Assembly: GCA_010909165.1 (NCBI GenBank)
Contig: VJWM01000240.1
Span: forward strand, 186,001 to 250,000
DNA: 64,000 nt
From: Anthoceros angustus
Lineage: Eukaryota; Plantae; Anthocerotophyta
Direction of reading: 5' to 3'
In this document: positions 33,612 through 47,640 of the stretch, piece by piece
How positions within the stretch are numbered: position 1 is the stretch's first letter
How the letters are laid out: every line of letters begins with the position of its first letter
Made by a program: the position numbers and the translations under genes
Notes under the pieces: generated by a model
What the model was told of the DNA's origin: nothing
Databases searched by the model: none
What the model saw: the letters and a program-made list of their open reading frames with translations, nothing else

Positions 33612-36600
33612 CCACCTATCCTTCCCATTCCCCAAAGCTCATTTATGGTCATTGACCATTCTAGTCCTTATCTTCTTTGGGGTGGCGTGTCCTTATGGAT
33701 TGGCTCCCTCGCCCTCCTTTTGCTCTGTCCCTTCCCGATCTTCCGTCTTCCCTGTGTGGGGCAAGTACAATCTGCCCCTTCCTCCATCTTCAGGCGCCCC
33801 ACATCACTCTCCGGCAAGCGCCCCTTCCTCACCTGGCGCCCTTTTCTCCGGCCTCCCGCTGGTGGCGCCCATCATCGGCACCCTACCGCGGTAGTCTGGC
33901 GGAACTAGGGTGGTGACTACCATGGTAGTCTGATCTTCATTTTTCTTCTTCTCCCCATCTGCGCTGCCTCTTGGGTTGGAATCTTCCGTGCTCCTTTCCT
34001 CCTGTTTGATTTGTCCATACCTATCATGGAGCATTCTCAAAGATTCTTCCTCCCTCAATTGTCAGCCGATTTCCACTAATCCTTCCGGGCCCTTTTCGCA
34101 TCAGCCTCCTCTCCTGGCTCGGGCCCTTCCCTCGCTCGTGGGATGAGGGAACTTCTCACCCCTCCTTCCTTCTTAACGGGTCGGATCCCGTCCCTGTTCT
34201 CCTCCGGTGGGGTTGTTTCCCCCACCTCCTCTTCTATTCCTCAGGGGTATCTCTGGGACCCCGGCTCCTTCATTCCTTGGCCCCGCGGCGACTCCCAGCG
34301 GCCGCGCTCGCGGTTGCTTCTACCCGGTAGTGCGGACTAGCGTGGTTGTCTGCAGTGGTCTGGCGGACTACGTGGTGCTAATCACCACCGTGGTGAGTGA
34401 CCCCAGGAGGCGGGCTGTCCCCCTCCTTGCTCTCACGCCATCTTCCTCCTTGGCTCGCGGCCTCTTCTCCTCCTTCCACTCCCAGTTCCTCGGAGTCCAT
34501 GTCACTGTAGCCTCATCAAAGTCGGGGCCTTCCGGTTGCACTTTTGCACGGCTCCTTCCATCATCATGAGGACCTATTGTCCTCCTCTTGGCCGTAAGAC
34601 TTCATTGTTGGCCTTCAAAATCTATTGTGGAGGTGAGCCCCAAGCTGTAATCGCATTTGGAGATCATCAATCTCGTGGGCCTCTCCATCCTCACACCTAC
34701 CTTGTAGGCGTCCCTTGCGGTGGTCAATTCTCCCACCTTGACATGGAGGTCACATTCTCCTCCTTGCTTCTTGGTTGGCTAATTTGCTGAAGGGCATACT
34801 TAAAATCTCCTCTTCCTCACCACCAGCATCCTATGTACCACCTTCTTGTGGTATTCCTCCTCTGGAACCTCCTTTGTTCCTCGTCTCTTAGTTCTTTGAG
34901 CAAGTCCTTCCCTTCGCTTGCCACTCTTCTCATGCTCCGGCTCACAGTGCGATCTTGAGCCCCAACTCCTTCTCCTCCAAATGCGGGTCTTCAATTCCTC
35001 TTCCATGTCCGGATCTTGATGGCTTGGGTAGCCATCACACTGCTCTGTCCCTTCCCGGATCTTGTCATCTTCCTAATGTGTGGGGCAAGTACAATCTGCC
35101 CCTTCCTCCATCTCCGGGCGGCGCCCCGTTCCTCCTCCTCCGGCAACGCGCCCCGCACCTCAGCGCCTTTTCTCCAGCCTCCGCTGGTCGCGCCCGTTCA
35201 TCGGCACCCTACCGCGGTGATGCAGCGGACTACGGGGTACCATGGTAGTCGATCTTCATTTTCTTCTTCTTCTCCATCGGCGATGCCTCTTGGGTTGGAA
35301 TCTTCCGTGCTCCTTTCCTCCTGTTTGGTTTGTCCATACCTATCATGGAGCATCCTCAAAGATTCTTCCTCCCTCAATTGTCAGCCGATTTCACTAATCC
35401 TTCCGGGCCCTTTTCGCATCAGCCTCCTCTCAGCTCGGGCCTTCCCTCGCTCGTGGGTGAGGAACTTCTCACCCCTCCTTCCTTCTTGGGTGGGATCCGT
35501 CCTGTCTCCTCCGGTGGGGTTGTTTCCCCACCTCCTCTTCTATTCCCGGGGTACTCTGGGACCCCGGCTCCTTCATCCTCGGCCCGCGGCCCGACTCCGC
35601 CCCGGGCTCGCGTTGCACCCTACCGCGGTAGTCGGGACTGCGTTGTCTACCACGGTAGTCGGCGGACTACGTGGTGGCCTCACCATGGTAGGTGACCCCC
35701 GGAGGCGGGCTGTCCCCCTCCTTGCTCTCGCCATCCTTCTCACCCGCCGCTCTTCTCCTCCTTGACTCAGTTCCTCGGAGTCCATGTCACTGTAGCCTCA
35801 TCAAAATCGGAGGCCTCAGTGCACTTGCTGCGGCTCCTTCTGTCATCATCATGAGGACCCTATTGTCCTCCTCTTGGCCAATACTTTTGTTGGCCTTCAA
35901 AATCTATTGTGGAGGTGAGCCCCAAGCTGTAATCGCATTTGGAGATCATCAATCTCGTGGGCCTCTCCATCCTCACACCTACCTTGTAGGCGTCCCTTGC
36001 GGTGGTCAATTCTCCCACCTTGACATGGAGGTCACATTCTCCTCCTTGCTTCTTGGTTGGCTAATTTTGCTGAAGGGCATACTTAAAATCTCCTCTTCCT
36101 CACCACCAGCATCCTATGTACCACCTTCTTGTGGTATTCCTCCTCTGGAACCTCCTTTGTTCCTCGTCTCTTAGTTCTTTGAGCAAGTCCTTCCCTTCGC
36201 TTGCCACTCTTCTCATGCTCCGGCTCACAGTGCGATCTTGAGCCCCAACTCCTTCTCCTTCCAAATAGCGGGTCTTCAATTCCTCTTCCATGTCCGGATC
36301 TTGATGGCTTGGGTAGCCATCACACTGCTCTGTCGTCCATTTGTTGGATGCCACCTTCTCCTTCCTAGAGCCTCTGTTTTGCCCTTTCTCTCTTGCTCTA
36401 ATTGGGCAAAATGCTCTTCATATACGCCTCCAAGAGTCGTTGGGTTGTTGCCGAATAGCTCTCTCCTCGGTTTGTGACAACCTCCCCTCTAGGACCTTCT
36501 CTGTGAGCCGTTGATCCACAAGATCCCGCTGGAGTTTCTCCACAACCTTCTCTAACTTGGCTGCCTTCTCGTCGGACTCCATGGCCTCCAATTGCCACTT

Positions 36601-38247
36601 GGTCCCTGCTCTCCTCTCCGTCATTTCTTGGGCCTTGACTTCCTCATGACAGGCCCACAAGGAGGCTGCTAGTTCCCTAGCCCCCTTTAAATCCACACGG
36701 CTGAGTGCTTCACAAGCACTCAGCAATTCCTCTAGGGGTCCCAATTCCACCCCTGCTGCCTTCTTGATGGAGATTTCCAGCTCCCTTGTGCTCCTCTGAC
36801 TATCGCGCGGCGGTGGGGGCCCTCTTTGGCCGGACCTTGCTCTTCCTCCTCCCCACGCTCTTGGGAAGGAAAGACTTCCCATTAAGCAGCAGCCTCTCCT
36901 TCCTCTGCCCCTTGGCCTGGCGTGCTTGGTGACCCCACAGGAGGCGGGCTGTCCCCCTCCTTGCTCCTCACGCCATCCTTTCCCCACGCCTTCTGTCTCT
37001 TCTCCTCCTTCTCCCAGTTCCTCGGAGTCCATGTCACTGTAGCCTCATCAAAGTCAGGCTTCGGTGCACTCTGCAGCTCCTTCTGTCATCATCATGAGGA
37101 CCTATTGTCCTCCTCTTGGCCAAAAGACTTATTGTTGGCCTTCAAAATCTATTGTGGAGGTGAGCCCCAAGCTGTAATCGCATTTGGAGATCATCAATCT
37201 CCGTGGGCCACTCTCCATCCTCACACCTACTCTTGTAGGCGTCCCTTGCGGTGGTCAATTCTCCCACCTTGACATGGAGGTCACATTCTCCTCCTTGCTT
37301 CCCGGTGGTTGGCTAATTTTGCTGAAGGGCATAATCTCCAAAATCTCTTCCTCACCACCAGCATCCTATGCCACCTTCTTGTGGTATTCCTCCTCTGGAA
37401 CCTCCTTCCCTCGAGTCTCTTAGTTCTTGGCAAGTCCTTCCTTCTCCACTTGCTCTTCCTCCTCCTCTTGCTCTTGATCTTGAGCCTTTAACTCAGCGCT
37501 TCTCCTCCAAATGAGCGGGTTCTTAATTCCTCTTCCATGTCCGGATCTTGATGGCTTGGGTAGCCATCACACTCTGTCGTCCATTTGTTGGATGCCACCT
37601 TCTCCTTCCTAGGGCCTCTGTTTTGCCCTTTCTCTCTTGCTCCAATTGGGCAAAATGCTCTTCCTCCCTCCAAAATCCCGTTGGGTTGTCATCGAATAGC
37701 TCTCTCCTCGGTTTGTGACAACCTCCCCTCTAGGACCTTCTCTGGATCCACAAGATCCCGGAGTTCTCCTGACCTTCTCGGCTGCCTTCTCGTCGGACTC
37801 CATGGCCTCCAATTGCCACTTGGTCCTGCTCTCCTCTCCGTCATTTCTTGGGCCTTGACTTCCTCAAGCAGGCCACAAGGTACTAGTTCCTAGCCCCCCT
37901 TAATCCTGACACAGTAGTGCTTCACAAGCACTCGGCAATTCCTCTAGGGTCCCAATTCCACCTGCCTTCTTGATGGAGATTTCCAGCTCCCTTGTGCTCT
38001 CGACTATCAAGCATAAGGGGGCCCTCTTTGAGGACTTACTCTTCCTCCTCCCCACGCTCTTGGGAAGGAAAGACTTCCCATTCCAAGCAACCTGTTACCT
38101 CCTTCCTGCCGCCTTGGCGTGCTTGTGGAAGTCTGACCCCCCATTGTTTTCCTCAAGGCGAAAGGCAAAGGCCTTTCCAAACTTGGCTGGAGATGAATTA
38201 TCTCCGAAGGATGCCAAGCATCTTCCAACTCCTTGCTTGTGAGGAGT
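33612..38247 (-). mobile_element. Element C, 3' part: C-terminal portion of an extra (post-integrase) coiled-coil ORF with two internal tandem duplications
   Basis: Charged coiled-coil frames (e.g. EAMESDEKAAKLEKVVEKLQRDLVDQRLTEKVLEGRL). Duplications at 33721-35040/35041-36334 and 35691-36927/36928-38140. The frame joins across element A to 57485. Confidence 0.75.
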
Positions 38248-40409
38248 TGTGGAAGACCACATGTGCACTAACCCCGCTCCCAAGTGTCAGGATGAACGAT
38301 TTTTTTTTGTTTTGGATGTGTTAGAATAGCAAAGTGCTTTGAGAATCGTCTGAGTCAGGTCTTTTATACGGGAATGGTCCTTGGCCCTTGGAGATAATAA
38401 TAATTTTTCGATCCTTAGATTTGACCCCGCAGGGGTGACGTAATAGAGTCCTTGGCATTGGGAATTTTAGAATAAAAGGTGTCTATATGCCAGTGGATGC
38501 TCACATGCCTGAGTAGCCGAGGGGAGGCGGTCCACCACGGTGGCCGAGAAACCGGAGGCACTGGGGGAGTTTACAACCCTAGTGGCGGGCGCTACCACAT
38601 ACACCGGAGCCGAATCGAGAGAAGGGCACACCCAAGACCACGAGGTCGCGACTTTCGTGAGGGGCCTGAGCGAGCCCAAGAAGAGGGGCGCCAGACACAA
38701 CCACGCCAGCCAAATCCGCCTCACGAGCAGGGAGGGGCGCTAATGAATGTGAGCGGCGCATGGAGGAGAGAAATCGGAAGAAGTTCACAGAGGAGGCGTG
38801 GAAGGACCTCCGATCGGTGTTACTGGCTACGGGCAAGGCTCTGATGAGGATGCTCATGTCCTCGCTTCGCATGGTGAGCGGTGCTCACTCTAAACGCAGG
38901 CGTGGTTGTTGGGAGGAGGAAACTCGGTCAGCATCTTGGCCGCCACAGGCGTTTACGATGGTTCCTTCGAGTAGGAGCTGGCGCCTATCCTCCATAAGTG
39001 GTCTTTGGAGGAGATGAGCGAGGCTGCAGCATGGAGGGAGGAGCACGGTATGGTTGTCCAAATGAGGAGGAGGCGGGACAACGACATAGAGGTCAGCGGC
39101 AACGTCCGCTGGGAAGGCGCGAGGGAAACTCAGCAAAGGAGAGGAGGTGGAGGTTGTGGGGAAAATCGCTTGACGTAGGCGAGGTCAAGAGCGAGAGGGG
39201 TCCCCATGGGCCGTGGGCGAGGCAAAATCATGGAGGCGGCAAAGCTGATTTTAGGGAGTCGCGATAGCCTAGGACCGGGGTTTCCTTTTCGGGCGAGGAT
39301 AGGGAGTTCCATCACCGTAGAGTCATGCTTAGATTGGTAAGGGCGTGGTAGGAGCTACAATTTTAGACCCTAAAGAGAAGTGAGCCGTGGGACCACAGAT
39401 GTATAAGAGACCCTTTGGGTGTCTCTCAAAGACGACGATTTCGGTGTGAACTTGGTGTATCGAATCCTCGTGTGGGGTTGATTGGACGTCGTCGTCGGGG
39501 TGTAGTCGGCGAGCGCCGTCAATCAAGACCGGAAGATCCTGGATAGTCGAGGCGGAGTGGCCAAGCTCCACGTCCGGGACAAAGGAATGGTGAGGGGCGC
39601 CCAACATGCGCTGAGAAGGGGCAAGGGTTGCTGCGGAAAGTCGGGGTGAGATCGGCAACGAGTGAATCGCCCAAGTACTGACCGTGCGTTCCCCTGTCCC
39701 TCCTTCCAACAAGCTGCCCATCAGAACGTGTTTAATTCTATGAGGAGGGGTCTGTGTGGCCCGTGGTGAGGTCTGTGTGGCCTGGGAAAAAGGGAGAGAG
39801 ACGTATACATGTGCGGTGAGAGGTTCTCGGAAGAAGAGGGTGAGTATGCTGTGGTAAGGGAAATTGTGGTTGCGTTTTGAGGAAACGCGGAGTAATAGAA
39901 AGAGGGGGGGGGAAAAGCGAGGAGTGAGACCAGGAGGGGTCGACACCGCGAGTCGTCATGCATTCCTGATCAGAGTGCCTAATTCCCGGGAAGTTCTGAG
40001 CACGGACCCCCCTAGGAGTGAATTAGAGTAGATGTGAGTCTATGTGTGCGTGTGTGTGTGGGAAGACCTGACCCTCGGAGACCCCGTCCGGGAAGCCGGG
40101 TGACGGCTGGGTAGTCACGACGCGCACGTGCGCGCCTGTGGCGGGGCCCGCCCCAGTGGTTGAGTCAACCACTGCGGTGGCGGAACGCGCCACTACAGTA
40201 GCGGAACCCCCCCCGCGACGGTGGCTGAGTCCTCCATGGGTTTCCAGAGAGTGGGTGGTTCGTAGGGTAAACGCGCTGTGGTAGGTTAGACATCAGAGAT
40301 TAGCTCATCTTGACACAAAACCATTCCCTTGGGATCGAATCCTAGGACTATAACGACATAGAGGGTAAATGTGGCCTCCTTGCGTCTTTGGATGCAAAAC
40401 CATTCCACA
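38248..40409 (+). repeat. Element A 5' LTR (about 2.16 kb)
   Basis: 7-bp terminal inverted repeat TGTGGAA/TTCCACA, TATA-like CTATAT at about 38483, followed by the PBS. Confidence 0.92.
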
Positions 40410-40412
40410 TTT

Positions 40413-40428
40413 TGGCGCTGCTGCCGGG
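40413..40428 (+). promoter_or_regulatory. Primer-binding site, tRNA-Asp type
   Basis: TGGCGCTGCTGCCGGG, 3 nt after the LTR end. Two mismatches to the Athila-type tRNA-Asp PBS TGGCGCCGTTGCCGGG. Confidence 0.75.
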
Positions 40429-41863
40429 AATGAAACCGTCAAGGTTATAGGGGACTAACCATAGTTTAGGTGTCTAGTTTTGGAGTGTATCTAGTTTGGT
40501 AGATGGATGGTTGAGTCGAGGGTTCAGAGTCAGTGGAGGAAAGCCTCAAGCCAGCGGCAACACCGCTTTGGAAAGATTGAGGAGGGTTGCAAAACCGCGA
40601 GTTGAGGAGGACCCAATTGGAGGACGACTTGTGGGGAAAAGAAGGGAGGTAAGGAAGCACTGGACGGGGTCCGATCTTGTTGGAGCAAGATCCCCAACCT
40701 CGGACTTGAGGAGGTACCACCGCCAAGGAACCTGACCAATTCCATCGACCTCTTCCAAAAGTGTGCGTGTGGAGATCAATCGACTCCCAACAACTTGTTG
40801 AACACCGAGTCGCCAATCTACCAACATAGTCATGTCCACCACGGGGTGGTCACCACCAAGCACCTTACCCTGTATGGGAAGGAAGGGGTATGAAGACCCG
40901 ATGAATTTGTTGAGCGTTTTGAGCGGTGACATTTGCAAAACCAGAAGTAGGAGACAACAGATTCATTGTTCTATGGAGTTCTGGGGGTCCAGCAAAGTGG
41001 TATACCTCAAGTTAGCCACACCTCCCACCTATGAAGAATTAAAACCGCCTGTGAGAGGTTTAGAGGAATTGACGTGGAACGTGTTGTCCAAACTTGAGGT
41101 TACAAGGAGAGGAAGGAAACCTTGCAAGCCTATGTGGAGAGGTTTCACCAGCGATCGCAGTGGCCATTCGAGCAGCAATACGATGGTTTGCCAAAGGCCC
41201 GGGTTCTAAGATGGGGAGACACGAAGGTTACAAGCGGAGAAGAATTTGGGCAAGGCTATCAAGGCGCTAAACTATGAGGAGGGGTCTGTGGCCCGTGGTG
41301 AGGTCTGGCCTGGGAAAAGGGAGAGGCAGGGCCATGTGCGGTGAGAGGTTCTCGGAAGAAGGGTGAGTATCTTGTGGTAAGGAAATTGTGGTTGCGTTTT
41401 GAGCGAGTAATAGAGCGGGAGAGTGAGTGGACCCGAGGCGAGTCGTCGGCATTCGATCGAGTGCCTAATTCGGAAGTTCGGACCCCCTAGGAGTGAATTA
41501 GAGTAGATGTGAGTCTATGTGCGTGTGTGTGTGGGAAGACTGACCCTCGGAGACCCGTCCGAAGCCGGGTTGTGGGTAGTCGCAGCCAGCGCCGTGCGCT
41601 GGCGGGCCCGCCGATGGTTGAGTCAACCATCGCGGTGGCGAACGCCACTGATGGCGAACCCCGCGACGGTGGGCGAGTCCTCCACGGTGGTGGTTCCAGA
41701 GTGGGTGGTGGTTCGAGGTAAAGCGTCGGTTGTGGTAGGTTAGACACCGTAGATTAGCTCATCTTGACACAAAACCATTCCCTTGGGATCGAATCCTAGG
41801 ACTATAACGACATAGAGGGTAAATGTGGCCTCCTTGCGTCTTTGGATGCAAAACCATTCCACA

Positions 41864-44800
41864 TTTTGGCGCGTTCTGAATGAAAGCTAAAGGATTCTAG
41901 GAAGGACTAACCATAGTTTAGGCCTTGGTTCTTTGAGTGAAGCTAGTTTGGTAGATGGATGCCACGGGTTGGAGGGGTCTAGTCGGGAGGAAAGCCTCAA
42001 GCCAAGCGGCAACACCAGGCTTTGGAAAGATTGAGGAGGGTTGCAAACCGGGAGCTGAGGAGGACCCAATTGGAGGACGCACTTGTGGGGGAAAAGAAGG
42101 GGGCAAGAGATTCACTGGGATTTGGGGGTCCGATCCTGTTGGAGCAAGATCCCCGATCCTGGCCTCGGAGGGGGTACCACGGCCAAGAGACCTTGATCCA
42201 ACCTTGTCAACTGACCTTCCTCCTAGGTGTGTGCAGACAACTGCAGCCCCAACAACTTCCGTGGAACACGTCACGCGGTCACGCTACCATACCCAACGCG
42301 CATATGTCCACCGCATGGTGGCACCACCCTGCTTTACCCTGTATGGGAAGGAAGGGGTATGAGGATCCCATTTGTTGAGCGTTTTGAGCTTAACCTTGCG
42401 TGAAGTAGGTGACGCCAACGATTCAACTGTTCTATGGAGTGCTCGGGGCCAAAGTGGTATGAGAGTACCTTAAGTTAGCCCACCACCTTTGAAGAAATCA
42501 AGACGCCGAGAGGTTTAGAGGAATTGGAAGGATACGTGTTGTCCAAACTTGAGGTTACAAAGGGAGGAAGGAAACCTTGCAAGCCTATGTGGAGAGGTTC
42601 CACGCTGCGCGATCGCGTGGTCCGTGAGTTCGAGCCATACGATGGTTTGCCAAGGGCCCGGGTTCTAAGATGGGAAGGCATGTGAGGTTACAAGCGGAAA
42701 AGAGTTTGGGCAAGGCTATCAAGGCGCTAACTATGAAGAATCTAACCCAGGATGAGGAGGTTGAGAAGGAGAAGAAGAAGCCTAGGAAGGACAAGAAGAA
42801 GCCGACTGGAAAAAAGAAGGGATTCTCATCCTCCCGGAAGGAAGTTCTTCAGTGAAGAGCTCAAGATTCCACGGAGTTCCACGGAGGAAGAAACGAGTGA
42901 CTGAGGAGGAATCATGAGGGACGCAAAAGGAAGGAAGAAAACAAGAAGGGTGATGGGACACAAAAAGGAGCAAGGCAAACAGAGGCGATGTATGCAAAAA
43001 GGATGGAACAAAGGAGAAGGCCGAGGTGGCAGCCAAGAAAGTAGAACAACAGGGAACAAGATGGAGGAGATGATGGCAAAATTCGAGAAATTCCATCTTA
43101 ATGCGGTCAAGGAACATGAGAGGCGGAGAGTCACGAACCCACGAGCCAACCTCTTCTGCTCAACGTGTGGGCAGGACACTCCAAAGCTAATTGTCCGACG
43201 ACAAGGGTACCGGGATATGAGGAAGAGGAGGAAGAGGGTCCGGTGGAAGACACATATCAGATCCAGGAGGTTCAGCCAACCCAAGTGTACCCAAAAACTA
43301 TGTACCCGCCAACCTCGTAATTCCACGGGGTAGGCGTCAGAATCACAGGCAATCCAATGGGCACCGTCTTGTGCTACAACCGCAACCTTGGACACTATGC
43401 TCACAGCTGTCCTTGGCCAACTCGGCAAGGTAATGGAGATTTCGATAAACTGTGTCAAGATTGGAAGCAGGGCATTTGGCGAAGTGTGCTCGCCAAAGCC
43501 CCGTAAAGACGGTGAGGATCGCAGCCACCCGAACGGAGTTCACGACCAAACCCAAGTCCGGTGTCCGCCATGCATGTTGAGGATGCACTTATGGCGGTAT
43601 GGGAGGATGCCGAGATTGGAACCACGAGGAGCTTGGAGGGATTAGACCAGAGGGAAGCGATTATTATGGGGAAGCCTCCGCCATGGTCGTTAGAACAAGG
43701 AGCACAAAAGCAAAAGAGAGGCGGCGTGGGGAAAAAGAAGAAAGGAGGCGGATACGACCACGGGATCGGATGAGGGAGAGAGTGTCGCCACCACCGGAAA
43801 TACCAACACCGGAACGCGTTGGCCAAAGATTTAAAAACAAGTCCTGCGGTGACTTGGCGGATGGACCATATGTGCAAAAGAGTGATGGAGACATTGAGTG
43901 TTCCAAATGGGAAAGGTGAATGAAGGGGTCACGACGAAGCCAAGGGGGTGGAACCCTACCGATTTCGAGAAAGTTACCGAACCGAGTTAGGGTTTCCACC
44001 GACGACGGAGAAGTCATGGATATGATACAAGAAGAATTGGCAAGGAGGCTACGGGGAAAAGGCGGGGTGTCGATTTCCACCACCCTGGGAGTCCACCACC
44101 CCACCGAAGGCCACCGTACCCCAAGTCATGACGAACCGGGAACCCACACCAACCAAATCTGGATGGCGAAGGTCGGGCCACCGCTTTCAATCTCGCCGAG
44201 GCCATCATGGACCAACATTTCATGATCACATTCGGACAACTCCTCCGAGACAATCCATGTATAGGCAATGCATCGTGAGGGCGTTAAAAGAGGCGCAACC
44301 CAAAAGAGGCGCAATGTTCCTATACCCCAGGCCATGTGAACTTGGTATCCATGGTGGATCAAGGCCCACCAACCTGTGGAAATTTCGGGATGTGTCATTA
44401 AAGGAGTGCCTCGACTGTGTAAATATTATGACAGAAGACACGGCTAGGAAATTGGGCTTGGATATTGAACATACTACCAAGGTTTTAGCCGACATGTCCG
44501 TAATGGTGCCGGGGAACCGACAGGGTGCTAACGACCATTGGAACCATCCCTACTTGATGGATTATGTAGTCATCCAAAGAAAATCGCCAGGCACGACGCC
44601 TAATTGGTCGAACGTGGATGTACGCATCGCAATGCACGCTCAAGTGGGGCAGAAAGGAAGTCGGTTTTAAACCGTTGGAATGGGATCCCAAGACCAAGGA
44701 GGGAAGGATGTGCCTATCGTGGAGTAAGGACATGTATGCAGGTGAAACTCCAACTGAAATAGAAGGGTACACCTCGGCAGAGGACACGTCCGGGGAGATG

Positions 44801-47640
44801 GGAGAGGAAGATAGGTTCCCGTTCGCACACATCTCATGGTCTGATGAGGAGCGGGACTACCGGAGAGATATCCCATATACAATTAACCCAGTAGGCTGTT
44901 ACGGGGTAACCGTCGAATGCTCCGCGGAAGGGGTCCGAAGCAGGGATTCGGAACAGCAGGTGGAGAAAGCTGGAGGAGGCGTCACGCAGTTCACGTCGGA
45001 GGATTTGTTTAGGGAATGGGGCATGAGAGAAGAGGAACCGCGGGAGCCAGAAGAAGGATTCGGGGTTAGCACCGCACCAGTAGAGCGCGAGTGGGTACAG
45101 GCTGATGAAGTCAAGGACGTTGAGGTTCTTCCAGGGAAGGTGCTCAAATTCTCCAGAACAATGGATGCGGCGTTGGAGGAAGGAATGAAGCCGCTGAATT
45201 CATCGATGTTTTCGCCTCGAGGTAACATATGAAGGGATCCCCAAAGAATGGGCGAGCATAGGATTGACTGGAACCGTGAGCAATCCGAAGGATTCCACAA
45301 GACAAGTTAAATCCAAGTACTCCCTCAAGGTAAAGGATGGAGATGTACCTCAAGGACGTGATCTATCCTATAGTCAATACCGAATGGGTGGCTCCAATAG
45401 TGGTAGTACCTAAGAGGCCAGCAAAATCCGAGTTTGTCGACCGGAGAAGGTTGAATAAAGTCACCAAGAAGGATCACTTTCCGTTACCCTTCATCGATAA
45501 TATATCCTCGGATCCGTCGCAGTGTAATGGCGATTCATTCCTAGACGGTACTGGGTATAATCACCGCACCTTAGGGAGAGCGATTGGCCTCGACCGCTTT
45601 ACAACCGATCGGGGACATATGCTTACAAGCGCATTGCTGACGGAGCACTGGGTCCTTCATGCGAGCCATCGTCAAAATTTTCAAGGACTTCCTCCGCGAC
45701 TTTATGGAAGTTTTCCGACGACTTCGCGATGGGGTCAAGGACCATCTCCGACCTCCGGAAGTGCCCGGAGCGCCGCCGAGCCACGCAATTATGCCCGCAT
45801 CCGTAAAAGTGCTACTGCATGTCGAGGAATTCTGGGGCATCGAATTTCAAGCCGAGGTATAGAAGTAGATCCGGACAAGGTAAAGGTCATCGCCACCCTT
45901 AGAGCACCAATAACAACGCTAAAGGAACTCCGCGGGTTCCCGGGATGGTCGTATTATAGACGCTTGCTCCAAATTTCGCCAAGCGGCTGCCCCACTAACG
46001 AGCTTGTTAAGGAAGGATCGTGAGGAATGGACGAACGGGAGGAAGCATTTCGTGACTTACGCACCACGCTACAGCCCCACGCTAAAGGACCGGATCGAGT
46101 AAGAAGTTCCACGCTGCTGATGTTTCATTTGCAATTGGGTCACCCCAGCCGGATGAGAAGAAGAAGGATTTTCCGATCTACTATGCCGGGAGACAACTAA
46201 CGGACGCTGGAACTTAAAGTATACCACCTCACTTGCCAAGCACCGGGAATGTCTTGCCTGAGTTTACCTTCAAGGAAACGAGAGAGGTAGGAAGCATATC
46301 AATGCCGACTTCATATCTCGATTGAAAATGGAAGGTGGAAGGACCAGAAGACGACTTTCCGATGAGACACTCGCAGGAGTTGAAAACCAACGAGTGAAGC
46401 CCCTGAAGGAGGAGAGCCGATCGATTGAGAAGGGAGGAGTGGCTTCAAGACCAACATATCGTGAGATATACGATTATCTTGGCACGCCAAATTCCTCCAC
46501 ATCTTCCAAGACACAGATTCAAAGCGTGTCCACTACTCCGCACCATTCACACGGCACAATATGAACTTATACCGAGCCCGGACGGGAGCGGTTATGGGTA
46601 CGCGCGGTGAGCGAGTCCCGAGCTCTTTACACGAAGAAGAGGGGGAGGTCATTATGCCGCATGTCACATGCGGAAAATTTTGAGGTCGCACAGGCCTACA
46701 ATGTACAAGGATGCCAAGGAGTTCGTGAAGCCGTGACGCTTGCAAAGGGTCGGCAAGCCAACAAAGAACAACCCAATGGCCCCTTGTCCCCATACTTGCA
46801 CCGCACCATTCGAGAAATGGGGAATCGATTTTGTCGGACCTATCCACCCAAAACCAAGGCTCGCCAAAACCAATACATCCCGTGGCCAGACATCAGACGC
46901 GGATGGTAGAAGCACAGCACGGTAGATTCGGCGACGCCGTAGCGATTCTGCTCGAGCAAATCATCACCGATATGGCTCACTGGAGCCGGTCGGATGAGGA
47001 ACACATTTCAATCGTAATCTCCAACATGACCAGCCACTTCAACGCCGCCACATGTGAAGTCCACGCCTTATAACCCAAAAGCCAATGTTAAAAGGCAAAT
47101 GGCTTGTTGTGCAAGATCCTAACCAAACTCACCGCCGCTATGCGTATGATCGATATGAAATCGATTCAAGACTGGGCGACCGGATCATGGAAAAAGTGAC
47201 AACGCAGAAACCTCAGATTATCTTACTTACGGCATTCACTGCCATGCCAATAGAATTCAAGTTCCCACCGAGAATACAGGAACCAAGTCGAATGCCGGAA
47301 GGAAAGTCATTGGAAAGGTTGGTGGGTTTCAGACGACACACGGAGAGAACAAGCCTCCAAGTTATGCGGGATGTCCAAAGAAAGGAGGAAGGAGTGGCAC
47401 GACAAGAGATTGAAGCCAAGAATACGTTGTTCGGGATCCGCTTTACTATATGATAACCGATACATGCATTTCTGTAAATTACATCTCGATGGATGGGGCC
47501 CTTCGTAGTTTCGAAGTTTTCGACAACGGATCAATTCAACTCCAAGATTTTAGTGGCTCACCTGCCAACGCCACAACGGTTGGCGGGTCAAGAAATATTA
47601 CAATAAGTTGGCGAGGACGCCAACAAATGAGAAGGGAGTA
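41864..47640 (+). pseudogene. Element A internal region 1 (gag-pol, frameshifted)
   Basis: Zn-knuckle relics at about 43155 and 43370, RT EWVAPIVVVPK...KKDHFPLPFID, ILGHRISSRGIEVDPDKV, INT PFEKWGIDFVGPI, and PPT GAGAAGGGAG at 47629-47638. Confidence 0.9.

Noticed and set aside
40358-40380. LTR ending at ...AACGACA followed by a self-priming (Tf1-like) PBS
   Set aside because: The LTR extends to TTCCACA (40409), which mirrors its TGTGGAA start and is followed by a tRNA-Asp-type PBS.
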